A stretch of DNA of 63,549 bases, filler included, from Octopus bimaculoides (taxonomy: Eukaryota), in NCBI RefSeq assembly GCF_001194135.2. It is 7 parts of 5 records of this genome, joined end to end, with 100 filler letters (N's around TTAATTAATTAA, not from the genome) between each part and the next. Parts side by side here need not be neighbours in the genome. Positions count along the whole stretch, not along the records: positions 4,755 to 32,395 come from NC_068982.1; 6 more parts are not named here. One strand, written 5' to 3'. Positions 12,816 to 25,232 of this stretch are shown here, piece by piece (positions within the stretch are counted from its first letter, which is position 1; each line of letters starts with the position of its first letter). Under the pieces are notes generated by a model. That model ran no database searches. It saw nothing but the letters and a program-made list of their open reading frames with translations, and had not been told where the DNA came from. The position numbers and the translations under genes are program-made.

Positions 12816-13589
12816 CTTACTTACCCCCCCCCCAGCAAGCAGTTCCATTTTACTGTTTTTAAAATACAGTTTTACTTTACAGTCTTATCTTTTTTAACTC
12901 AACGAATACTTTACAATATCATCAAAAATTACAACAGGCAGCAGTTCGTCGCATCTAAACTGCAATGGTGATATTTCAACTCTTCTTTGTTCTACTAATC
13001 TCTCCCCTCTTTCTCTCTCCAATAGCACGCCCTTCTTACCTTCATGGTTTGCCAATTTCATTCTGATAACATTTTTCATCTTTGTTACCCTCTTTTCGAT
13101 TTCAACACTTTTTTCGGATATTACGACGTTTCGTAAACTTCTCCCTGTAGGCATCTCTCTCTGATATCCTTCGCCACTCTCTTCGTCCGACACAATTTCC
13201 TTTGTCTCAAATTCGCTGTCTCTTTCGTTTTCATTCTTCTGTCGTGCTCCTTCTTCCTTACTGGTTGAAGGCAACGGTTCCTGAGTTCGCATTTCACTTG
13301 ATTTTTCATTTGATTTTTCCATTTTTCTTCTTTACTTTCTTGTTCTCTTCCGCGTTTGTTTTTCTTAAATACTGACATTGGCAAATGTACAGGCACATTC
13401 CGTCGACAAGTTCATCTTTGATTCTGAAGCACTTTACAATGAAGGTAAATCTTATATCATTCTAATTCATCTCAATGAGGATGTATCTACGTGGTCATAC
13501 GATCTGAAGAAGAATAACAGCCAAATCACCCATAAATTACCTCTTACCGTCTCATGTAACAACAGGTCACACATAATATAATGCTCTTA

Positions 13590-13787
13590 CGTTAGCACGC
13601 CGGGCGAAATGCTAAGCAGTATTTCGTCTGTCTTTACGTTCTGAGTTCAAATTCCACCGAGATCGACTTCGCCTTTCATCCTTTCAGGGTCGATAAAATA
13701 AGTACCAGTTGCGTACTGGGGTCGATCTAATCGACTGGCCCCCTCCCCCCCCCAAATTTCCGGCCTTGTGCCCAGAGTAGAAAAGAA
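13590..13787 (+). mobile_element. SINE family B with a 16-bp target-site duplication
   Basis: TAATATAATGCTCTTA occurs at 13574-13589 and 13788-13803. Confidence 0.9.
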
Positions 13788-14974
13788 TAATATAATGCTC
13801 TTAACGAAGTACTGAATAAAATATCTTGTACTTAACCTCATTACTTAATGTTAAGTGTTTAAATCTTCATGAAGTTACCTTTCGCCAATCAGGATAAGCA
13901 AATAACCTGTCAGGAACTGTGACCGATAAAATTAATTGTACTGCTTCCCATATAACTGTGTTCTTGTTCCAATATAAGAAATCCTGATTCATGCTCCGGA
14001 ATGGTGCCTGTGATCTTTCTAGACAGGTGAGATCGACGCATTTGATGTTTCAACTAGTTTGTTGTTGGCAGCTAGAGAATTCGATCGCGCTGCAGTTCTA
14101 GCCTAGATAACAAGACTAAAACAAAATATTTCCGATGGGTTGTCTGGGTTGAAATAATATGTGAGAGTTTAGTACATTGGATGCACTTAACTATAGACTG
14201 TACACAACCTGTTAGATATTGACATCGCCCTAAGATTTATTGACGAAATCTAAATAATAAAATATCAAAATTTCTATGGACAACATTGATAAAACCAAAA
14301 GCTAGACATTTCTATTTGTATAACATTTGCACATTGATTCATAATATTTAAATATTTAGCTTTTTCGAAGACGAGATTAACCTGTGTGATGTAAAATTAA
14401 TTAATTCCATTTTTCAAAATAACTTTTCTTATAGCCCTTAGCATGTCTGATACTAAAAAGCTATATATTCTATTATTCTTTTGTTTGGATTTAGCTTTGA
14501 AATAGTTTTATTCTCATACTTTCACTGTTCTCGGTTTTTATTGACGCAATACTTTAACGTATGCTGCATTTGTCTTCAAACACTACATTAAATAATAATG
14601 TATACTACCTAACATGCTTTGGTGTGTACAAATTTATATTTTGTCACCAGGGTCCATTCTTATGAATCACAAACTTGTTGCAAATGCGATACGAAACATA
14701 TATGAGAACAACAACAAGAACAATAATAATTGTGGATGACAAAGACAAAGGTGACGTTTGTCCTTGGGGGTGGGGAATTGGTGTACTTGTCACAGCACCC
14801 AAACTGCCATCTAGGAGGCACAATGATATTGGAACTGATACGCGGTTTGTCAAGCTGTAGAAAAATGCCATCCACTATTCTGAAAGATTCCTAAAAATGA
14901 TTCACGAGACTTAAGAAAATTTTTTTTCTCCCAAACCTTTAGAATGGAAATGACTTGACAGATTATTATTAATA

Positions 14975-15011
<37 letters not shown>

Positions 15012-15024
15012 CAATGACAATGAC

Positions 15025-15059
<35 letters not shown>

Positions 15060-15149
15060 TAATAATAATTCTTTTACTGGAAACAAGCGACCTCGTAACG
15101 ATGCAAGTCAAATCTTAAGAATATGAAACGAATCATAGAATGCATATAT

Positions 15150-15372
15150 TATTCTATCACGGCATCGACTAAACTATCTGATGTTGTTATACATCGCTCG
15201 TCACAATGCGCTTGCCTTTGCTTTAGCTTTCTAAGGATGCCACCCCGATGGCAAGGCGAGCAGGCCAGGATTCTTCTTGTTCGGAAGGCTATTCTGATGC
15301 AGGGTTACTCTTTTCCAACTGAATGCACTGGAGCAACATGAAGTAAAGTGATTCGCTCAAGAACACAACACA
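15150..15372 (-). mobile_element. Fragment of a tRNA-SINE (family C type)
   Basis: GCTCAAGAACACAAC and CTGGAGCAACATGA match the reverse complement of 20940-20980. Confidence 0.55.
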
Positions 15373-15499
15373 CACACACATACACATAATATATATATAT
15401 ATATATATATACATATATATGTATGTATGTATGTATGTGTGAAGTACAGTTAATAGTGTTGTCCTGCCACCTCTTCGGACGATCCTTTTGGTTTGTCGT

Positions 15500-15877
15500 G
15501 GCACTCCGTCGGTCACGACGACGTGGGTTCCAGTTGATCCAATCAACGGAACAACCTGCTCGTGAAATTAACGTGCAAGTAGCTGAGCACTCCACAGACA
15601 AGTGTACCCTTAACGTAATTCTCGGGAGATTCAGTGTGACACAGAGTGTGACAAAGCTGGCCCTTTGAAATACAGGTACAACAGAAACAGGAAGAAAGAG
15701 TGAGAGAAAGTTGCAGTGAAAGAGTACAGCAGGGTTGCCCCGCACCCCTGCCGGTGCCTCGTGGAACTTTAGGTGCTTTCGCTCTATAAACACTCACAAC
15801 GCCCGGTCAGGAAATCGAAACCGCGATCCTACGACCGCGAGACCGCTGCCCTAACCACTGGTTCATTGCACCTCTAC
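15500..15877 (-). mobile_element. tRNA-derived SINE (family D) sharing its 3' tail with family C
   Basis: Head with CAGTGGTTAG and GGTTTCGATTTCC. The tail 15500-15569 matches 21083-21152. Confidence 0.8.
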
Positions 15878-16656
15878 TTTAGAGAGATATGTAATGTAAA
15901 TTACCACACATTTTGTTGTTGTGTTGTTAGTCACGATTGTTGTTTACGATGAATGGCTACGTTTCACAGTTCCACGTAGAATATACTTTGTTCGAGGATT
16001 ACCTTATATTAAAAAGAAAAATAGTCAAAAAATCTTTTTACTTCGTAAACAACCTCAAAATATTTGCAAAACAAATGATGCAAGATGACTGCTTCGGTAG
16101 TTTGAGAAAGAACTGCCTTCTTTACAGATTGTGTGCGTATGTATGTGCGTGTATGTATGTCTGTGTACATACAAACGGGGGAATTTAAAACAGTTCGCTC
16201 CCCAAAACATCGGTTCTGTGTAATAACCTTCCTTACTTTTTTGCAGCCATCAACTCGAAGGCCATGAAAAAAATCGACCGCATTCATACTTCAGGCTCTG
16301 GAGGCTTCCGTAAAATATGCGATCAGCCCTTTGCCCGAGAGTAAATAGAGAACAGATTTAGTTCTGCTCGAAAATTGAAAATAGCTGCATTTAACTCTTA
16401 TTAACACCGAGTTCAAATCTTACTCAAGTTTTCATTCAAAAGCAACTTCGAATGGCATAGCAAATTCAAGAGAAATTATGATTTCCACAATGATATGTCA
16501 TTTATGCAGAATGATTTATTTAAATAAATCATTGAAAACTGTTCCTTGGAAACTGATTATATGAAAGAAATAAAAATTAAGCTTTTAGAATATACTGCTA
16601 TATTTTGGAAAAGTGATCATGACATTTTACTAAACACATATACACACATTAGAGCA

Positions 16657-16815
16657 GTCATGGTGGCGTGATTAGGAGATCAAATGGGCAATTACATGGT
16701 CTCGAATGCTATTTCCACAATACGTAACATGAACCAGCGTGTTGTATCCCGGAGCAATCAAAGACTTCTGAATGAAATTTAAGAGACGGGAACTTTGTGA
16801 AGCCTATCGTATGAA
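16657..16815 (+). mobile_element. Highly decayed SINE family A head
   Basis: Scattered matches (ACATGGTCTCG, CAAAGAC, GAAGCC.ATCGTAT). Confidence 0.5.
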
Positions 16816-17627
16816 CTGTTTATATTTTAGACTGGTTTACGTAATGTGAATCCTGGTTTAGCACCTTCACCTGTTCTTTGGATGACTTTAGCGGAGTCCA
16901 ATCTCTTGCAAACTACGAACCTTGTCTCCGATATAAGGAGCATCGAAGGACTTAAAAAGGACCGTGGACGCTCCCCTTCCGACTTTATAACATTATACAG
17001 AACAAAGTATATATTCATACACACACCATTATTATTTATTCCTGTGTGTGTGTTCATATCTTATGATGCTCACCAATATTCTACTCCAATGAAATTAATA
17101 CAAAAATTAACGAATATGTTATCTTTTTCTAATTATTCTTAATTAATTCTTCTTCATTAGATTATATATCTGTTCAAGGGATTGATTAGTTACTAGATTA
17201 ATTTCGTACTTCTAATTAATTTCATTCCAAGTTCTATTGATATTTAGCTGATTTGTATGAAATCATTTGATTTAAAATTTCGCGTTTACCATGAAAAAAG
17301 TATGTTAGCGAATAATTTGCTTTTTCAGAAACTAGTTCTCATTATAATAATGCATGCTATGGACGCCAAGCGTTGCATTATAAACTTGAGTGTATTGTTA
17401 CTTGTATAAAACGAAAATACTGATTTCCTCTATCACAAATGTTGTTACGTGTTTAATTTGCGACCAAACAATAACACCGTTGATTTCTTCTCATCAAATC
17501 CTCCTCAATTTTGTTAAAATCTTGAGCATTGATTCATAACAGAAAGTATATTAAGAGGGATGCATCGAATATTCTTTGGATTTTGTTTAAAGCTGAATTA
17601 AGGTCCGTTAAATATGTGTGTGTATGC

Positions 17628-17681
<54 letters not shown>

Positions 17682-17906
17682 GGAAAATAGGGCAAGGTAG
17701 AAAATGCTAAAACAATTTTATCATGAAGGACATTTTAGTACTGGTTTCAATCTTTGCGACTTTTTCAACTTAGAGTAGAGCATGATAAACAATTAAATTG
17801 CAGAAGAATTAAATGAAATGTTTTTTAAAAATATTTCCATAGATTTCAAATACGTGAGATATTTTCCTTTTTTCTCTGTCTCCGTCTGTCTGTCTGTCTG
17901 TTTCTC

Positions 17907-18024
17907 TTTTACTTTTGTGAAGGTTCGGTACGTAGGTAGTAACAGATCAGAACCGACATGCCTCATATAAAATATTTCTTCAGATCTGCTACTACCTACA
18001 TACCGAGCCTTCACAAAAGTAAAA
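17907..18024. repeat. 42-bp inverted repeat with a 34-nt spacer (fold-back/MITE-like hairpin)
   Basis: Arms 17907-17948 and 17983-18024 differ by 3 transitions. Confidence 0.9.
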
Positions 18025-18237
18025 TAGAGATAGACAGAAAAATGTTTACACTGTAAACTCAGAAAGAAAAATGGCGTGATCAGGCTCAAACTTTCAACAC
18101 GTGACCACAATAGTACCAGCTATAAGTCCGCATGCCCAGAAGACAGTGTGACAATAACAAAGATATGTTATGGCGAAAGTGGGAATAATTTTTGACTTTC
18201 CCTCGTATATATATATATATATATATANNNNNNNNNN

Positions 18238-18270
<33 letters not shown>

Positions 18271-20254
18271 GAGTGTGTGTGCGTGTGCGCGCGAGTATGT
18301 GTGTGTGTAGTGCGTGTGTGTGTATGTGTGTGTGTGAGTGTGTGTGTGGCCATATACGCTACACTTATTCCTTTGAATAAAATAATGAATAATGGATAAA
18401 AAGATATTTAGAATTTTCCATGTTCACACTCAACTGACATTATCGAATGGTTTCACTTTATTTTGTACTTGTAAATTTTACAAAAATTAATGAGCGGTAG
18501 TTTAAAATGACTTAAAGAACATATAATGAAGCGTCGTTGTTGTATGTAATATAATGATTTAGTCGTTAACACTATTAATTTTCTTCTTGTCACACTTCCA
18601 ACATTCTCTAATCTATATCTATAAACTCAGATGTTTGTCTTGAAACATTGTCACCATTTCTCAAGTAATAGTTTCCAAATTTTACACGCAAATTGAGAAT
18701 CATCTCAGAAAGAGGTATGAAAACAGAGGAATCCACTGAGGATAAAATAACACCAGAAAAAAAGATATTGGAAAACGTGTAGTTGTAATGGAATGGTAGC
18801 GGGGTACGAGAAGTGTCAGTGTTAGGGGTGGAAGAGAAAGATATCCTTAAAATGAAACTTGGCACCAATATTTGCGACAGAATGGAGTCTGCTCATGGTA
18901 CTCAAAAGGTCAGTTGGTGGGGATAAATTTAGCGGCGGATTACGTTTACCACCCAAGTAGGCTACGGTGGGATTTGGACGCAGCAAGCAGTGAATCGGAG
19001 CAGGTATCACGCAGCAATTCTCCAACATTCCGCTGCTCCATTCTCCTAAATTGTTCGTATTTATCGATACCTGAGGGCTGTAAGGCAAATCCAATCTCAG
19101 TGGGATTTAAACTTGGATCTCTTTTTTTTCTTAACCTGTTTTTGTTTCAGTAATCTGAATTGATTTATTCATAAATTACCTCATAGCATAAATCCACCAT
19201 CTTCAGGTAAAATTTTAAACAGGTAGGACAACCAATGCAAATCCGAGGAATTTTTATATCAAAGATTATGAAGCTGGTCTTTATATCATAATATCCCGCC
19301 TTTCTTCTCCTCTAATGTATTACTTGTATGACGGATAGACACAGTAGGGTAACATTAAATTCCTGACGAACCGAATCTGCCTTTGCTTCATTGTTCATTA
19401 GAATCATTTCACCTCACGTTGACTGCTAAGAAGCAGTCTAAAATACCTGGTAATGAATAGGATGAACAGTAGGGCGAGACAGATATAACAACTGACACAA
19501 TGATTTACTAATTAGTATTTAGTTAACTCCTTCTAGAAAGGCGTCGACTTCACCTTTACTGAAACCGAGGTCAATTAAAGTCGGAGTGTCGATTAAATCA
19601 ATTGGGCTCCTCTACGAAGGAGTGTTTGTTAGAAATCATATTTACAACTATTAAGAATCTATGCAAATTGAAATACTTAAACAAAACACTTCAAAGATGA
19701 AAGAAACTTTCAACTAAATTCTACAAAAGAATTCATGCGTAAATAATGAACATCAAATGGATGCTTCCACAAGTGAGCATCTTTACCATTCTAGCGGACA
19801 CATTATCAAATACTTGTTCTGATAATGTGCTTACTGCTTTAATTTATTTGTAAAGTGATTTAAATAACCGAACATAACGAATGATGACATTCATTCCGTC
19901 CCTTACCGATTGATATTTGTTTTGATGTGATACAATTTAGAATACGGCACGAAGCATTTTCTCACATGCTTTATCTTGATGTATCTGGATTTCTAGCTTA
20001 GGGAAGTAATCGCTCGTACAGAAGTGAGTTGACTGGAATTTAAGTAACGTGATAATAGTTCGGCAAAATTCTTGTAACAGTGATTCATTCATTTCTTTTT
20101 CTTTGGCTGTGGGGAACGATCAACGTATTAAGGTTTGCCACATTATACTTACACACACACACACACACACACATCTATGTCCTACGTCGCATAAATTCTG
20201 AACCCTCTCCCTGCCTTATTTACTTTTCCTCGTCGCTCCCTTCAACTGTTTAAT

Positions 20255-20824
20255 GGATCTTGTTCAAAACGGGGGCACTAGTATTTTCTTAACGAAACAC
20301 TTTGAAACTTGGAACACTGGTAGAATGTGTCATATAAAACATCTTTTTCTCTTAGTCTTCTTAACAAAAAAAAACGTANNNNNNNNNNNNNNNNNNNNNN
20401 NNNNNNNNNNNNNNNNNNNNNNNNNNNNNNNNNNNNNNNNNNNNNNNNNNNNNNNNNNNNNNNNNNNNNNNNNNNNNNNNNNNNNNNNNNNNNNNNNNNN
20501 NNNNNNNNNNNNNNNNNNNNNNNNNNNNNNNNNNNNNNNNNNNNNNNNNNNNNNNNNNNNNNNNNNNNNNNNNNNNNNNNNNNNNNNNNNNNNNNNNNNN
20601 NNNNNNNNNNNNNNNNNNNNNNNNNNNNNNNNNNNNNNNNNNNNNNNNNNNNNNNNNNNNNNNNNNNNNNNNNNNNNNNNNNNNNNNNNNNNNNNNNNNN
20701 NNNNNNNNNNNCGAATACAAAATTTACAAAATAGATAAGTATACGAAGTTTGAAAGTCTTTAGGTACCAAAAACACTACATAAAACATAAATGAAAACTG
20801 GTGCCCCCGTTTTGAACAAGATCC
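20255..20824. mobile_element. Non-autonomous TIR element, Merlin-like (centre gapped)
   Basis: Perfect 24-bp TIR GGATCTTGTTCAAAACGGGGGCAC. Flanks TGTTTAAT/CGTTTAAT suggest an 8-bp TSD. Confidence 0.7.
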
Positions 20825-20853
20825 CGTTTAATTTATGGCATTACTATATGAAC

Positions 20854-21155
20854 GTGGAGATGCGTGGCTTAGTGGTTAGGGTGTTGGACTCATGATCGTA
20901 AGATCGTGGATTCGATTCCTGAACCGGGCGATGCGTTTCTATTCTTGAGCAAAACACTTCATTTCACGTTGCTACAGTCCACTCAGCTGGCAAAAATGAA
21001 TAGCGCTGCGACGGATCGGCGTCCCATCCAGATGGGGGAATTTATACGCCACTGAAATCGGGTACACGTGTCTGTACACGTGAATTTCAGGAGCAGGCTG
21101 TTCCGTTGATCGGATCAACTGGAACCTTCGTTGTCGTAACCGACGGAGAGCCGCC
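20854..21155 (+). mobile_element. tRNA-derived SINE family C with a V-domain-like segment
   Basis: A-box TGGCTTAGTGG (20865-20875), B-box GGATTCGATTCC (20908-20919), and CTGCGACGGATCGGCGTCCCATCCAG (21006-21031). Confidence 0.85.
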
Positions 21156-21263
21156 TATCTCTGAGAAACACACACTCTTTCTCTCTCTTTCTCTCTCTTT
21201 CTCTCCTCACACACACACAAAGAAATAAATAAACTCATATGTATATAAGGATATATTATATAT

Positions 21264-21440
21264 AAGGCGGCGAACTGGCAGAATCGTCCGTATTTACGTT
21301 CAAATTCTGTCGAGGTCGAAGTTTGCCTTTCATCCTATCGGGGGTCAATAAAATAAGCATCAGCTAATTACTAGAATCGATGTAATCGACTTGCCCCCTC
21401 TCCTGATCTTGCCGGCCTTGTGACAACATTTGAAACCAAT
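21264..21440 (+). mobile_element. SINE family B (internally deleted)
   Basis: Aligns with other family B copies. Confidence 0.8.
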
Positions 21441-22048
21441 GTATATTAAATGTGCAGCGACAAATCATAACCAAGGATAACAGGGATTAGCAGAAGCAAA
21501 AATGAATTATAATTAACATAATTCTATCGTGGACGAGGCTTTATAATATTAGTAAAATCAAATTTTGTAAAGCTAATAAAATATAGTTTTCGCTCCCGGT
21601 GTTCGTCTGCGTTGCCACAATAATTTACAAGGCAGACGTTTTGCGTTTTCATTCATGAGAACATGATATCATAGAGCATATTAGAATGTATCGATATTTA
21701 TTTATAAAAGTAGATCTGAATGTTGAGTATTGTGTTTCTCAGTTTCTTATGGATGACCATTCTTTGTCACTAACGATTTATTCTAAACAATATATACTTG
21801 AACTACTTGAACGTCGCCAGAACGTCTATTATAAGCACTCTTATTGTTCTGTATCAGTCCAGAATTAATTATCGTATCTTATAATTATTTCTATTGATGT
21901 TTTGAAGGTATAAACGTCATAAGATCATTACTTCATCTTTACAAATCTCTTAAACAAGCTCATTAATTAAACATACACATCCTACATAATGCATATATGT
22001 ATACATTGCATATGTAATTACACACAGATAAACACAATATATAAAGCG

Positions 22049-23149
22049 AACGAAGTTGATTCCCAACATAAAATCTCGGACATAACCTTCACTGCTTCAG
22101 ACATCATAGTAGCAATAAATAAGGTCAAATACTATTCTGCTGTAGGCCCTGATAGATTCCCCACTAGTCTCCTGGAGGAATGTAGACACCAACTCTGACC
22201 AACCTCTGGAGAAATTCTTTAGACTCAGGTTATATAACGAAACAGCTCTTAACCCAGTCTGTCATCCCGGTTTTCAAACAGGGAAACAGATCCCTCGCAG
22301 TCAACTATCGCCCAATCTCACTCACCTCCCACATCATTAAAGTGTTTGAAAGGGTGGTAAGATCAAGGATAGCTGACTTACTGGAGACCCACAAACTCCT
22401 AAATGCAAATCAGCATGGTTTTCGCTGTGGTAGGGACTGTCTAGCAGAGCTCTTACACCACATTGAAGATATACTTAAAGCCTTGGGAACAGGTTCGAAC
22501 TCTGATATCATATATCTTGACTTCAATAAAGTGTTTGACAGGGTTGACCATAATATCTTACTCTCAAAATTGGCAAATGTTGGAATCCGTGGCAAACTTC
22601 TTCATTGCATTAAGTATTCCCTGGCGAATAGAACACAAGACGTTGTGGTCGATGGAGTCCACTCAAGCCTAGCAAAAGTTACCAGTGGTGTCCCTCAGGG
22701 GATTGTCTTGGGCCCGCTACTCTTTATAATTTACATAAATGACTTTTCCAGCGTCGTAAATCACTGCGAAGTGAAAATATTTGCTGATGACACTACGTTC
22801 CAGCAAATCATCAAAGAAGAAGAAGACCGAACCCAACTCCAGTCTGATCTATATGCTGTGAGGCAATGGGTAGATAAAAACAAAATGAAACTGAACGAGG
22901 GAAAATTTGAGCTGATGCATTTTGGAAGAAAGCTTATTCTAAAACAGCCATACTCCTTTCCTTCAGGGGAACTGCTCACGGCATCCAATAATATCAGAGA
23001 TCTGGGTGTAACTGTTGATAACAATCTCAGTTGGAGTTCCTACATCAACAATAAGGTCAATATAGCTCGTAGGATGAGCTCCTGGATCTTAAGAACCTTC
23101 CGGTCCAGAGAACAAGGTGTCATCATTCCACTTTTCTCCTCCTTTGTAC
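22049..23149 (+). mobile_element. CR1-clade LINE reverse transcriptase (partial; 3' end in gap)
   Basis: GPDRFP, NYRPISLTS, QHGFR, YLDFNKVFDRVDH, SGVPQGIVLGPLLF, FADD, DLGVTVD. Open from about 22210 to the gap. Confidence 0.95.
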
Positions 23150-25006
23150 NNNNNNNNNNNNNNNNNNNNNNNNNNNNNNNNNNNNNNNNNNNNNNNNNNN
23201 NNNNNNNNNNNNNNNNNNNNNNNNNNNNNNNNNNNNNNNNNNNNNNNNNNNNNNNNNNNNNNNNNNNNNNNNNNNNNNNNNNNNNNNNNNNNNNNNNNNN
23301 NNNNNNNNNNNNNNNNNNNNNNNNNNNNNNNNNNNNNNNNNNNNNNNNNNNNNNNNNNNNNNNNNNNNNNNNNNNNNNNNNNNNNNNNNNNNNNNNNNNN
23401 NNNNNNNNNNNNNNNNNNNNNNNNNNNNNNNNNNNNNNNNNNNNNNNNNNNNNNNNNNNNNNNNNNNNNNNNNNNNNNNNNNNNNNNNNNNNNNNNNNNN
23501 NNNNNNNNNNNNNNNNNNNNNNNNNNNNNNNNNNNNNNNNNNNNNNNNNNNNNNNNNNNNNNNNNNNNNNNNNNNNNNNNNNNNNNNNNNNNNNNNNNNN
23601 NNNNNNNNNNNNNNNNNNNNNNNNNNNNNNNNNNNNNNNNNNNNNNNNNNNNNNNNNNNNNNNNNNNNNNNNNNNNNNNNNNNNNNNNNNNNNNNNNNNN
23701 NNNNNNNNNNNNNNNNNNNNNNNNNNNNNNNNNNNNNNNNNNNNNNNNNNNNNNNNNNNNNNNNNNNNNNNNNNNNNNNNNNNNNNNNNNNNNNNNNNNN
23801 NNNNNNNNNNNNNNNNNNNNNNNNNNNNNNNNNNNNNNNNNNNNNNNNNNNNNNNNNNNNNNNNNNNNNNNNNNNNNNNNNNNNNNNNNNNNNNNNNNNN
23901 NNNNNNNNNNNNNNNNNNNNNNNNNNNNNNNNNNNNNNNNNNNNNNNNNNNNNNNNNNNNTATATATATATATATATGTATATATTCACACGCACACGTA
24001 TTTTTTCAAACTTGTAGTTTGAAAAAATCGAATTTCCCTTCAAATACCAAAACAATACCTGAAAACTGTAGGTTGTGGAATAACAACATGGTTGTGTAAA
24101 GGGATAATCATGCATGTATGCATGTATGTATATGTGTGCGTATATATGAATAAATACATATATATTTCTGTATAACTATTTTTGCCAATGTACATAATTT
24201 CTTTAGAACAGGATTTATATAAAAAGAGGAATAATTTAAAAAGGAGCCTATGATCAGATGTGTGAACCTCCTGTGAATCATCAACGCAGGATGAATGACT
24301 AAAAGAGGGAATTATATAAACGAAGAGCTATTTCCAAATTATTTGAGAATCAAAAATTATGCCATCGGGTAAAATAAAATCTGAAAAATGAAAAACAAAG
24401 AACAAAACAAAATGAAGACAGCAAACGTGAATATATGAATATATTAGGAGTCAGGAAAATATGCAAGGAAGCAAAATATAGATGATAGCTTCAATGCTGG
24501 CAGACATGTCAGTGAATAAAGATATGGATCACATGTATATAAATACTTACTATCTTCAGGTACGATTACAACAACAATTTCTCATAGAAAATTGTAAATA
24601 AATAAGGCAGCAACCATGGCTCATATAAACAGACAAATTGGTTTACTTATATGAATAAAATAAATGAGAAAAGACAATTCTAGAAATTAGTGTAGAAATA
24701 GATTATAGTGGCCAAAATAAGAAATGCAAAAACGAATAAAGATAATTATAGATATTTTAAAAAAAGAATAAAATATACAAAAGAAGATAAAAAAAACTGG
24801 CAAGATTGTACTCCGAAACAAAAGTTAGCAATAAACGAAGAATGCTAAAATTATAGAGAGATAAACATAATGCAAACGTATATTTATATTTTTGTTGGCG
24901 AAATATAGTTTTAATTGCGTTCAGAGAGGACAATTTTTGTATTTCTTTCAGCCAGATTACAGAAAGTAAATAGAATATATAAATTACATTGACTTACACA
25001 CAAACT

Positions 25007-25047
<41 letters not shown>

Positions 25048-25133
25048 TTATGTACATATGTATGTACACATTAACTATATACATCAAATATATACATATA
25101 CATTCATATGTATGTATATATGATAGATCACTA

Positions 25134-25232
25134 GCCACTAAACCTTTTTGTATTTTCTCTCCCTGTTTATTTCTGTGTTCCTTTCTGTCGAAGAGCGTAG
25201 GCTCGAAACATAAAATACTTTCTCACTTCCCG
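25134..25232 (+). mobile_element. Fragment of the second hammerhead-bearing repeat family (decayed HHR at 25181-25216)
   Basis: CTTT-CTGTCGA-A-GAGC(GTAG)GCTC-GAAAC-ATA-AAAT; homologous to 41617-41651 minus. Confidence 0.6.
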
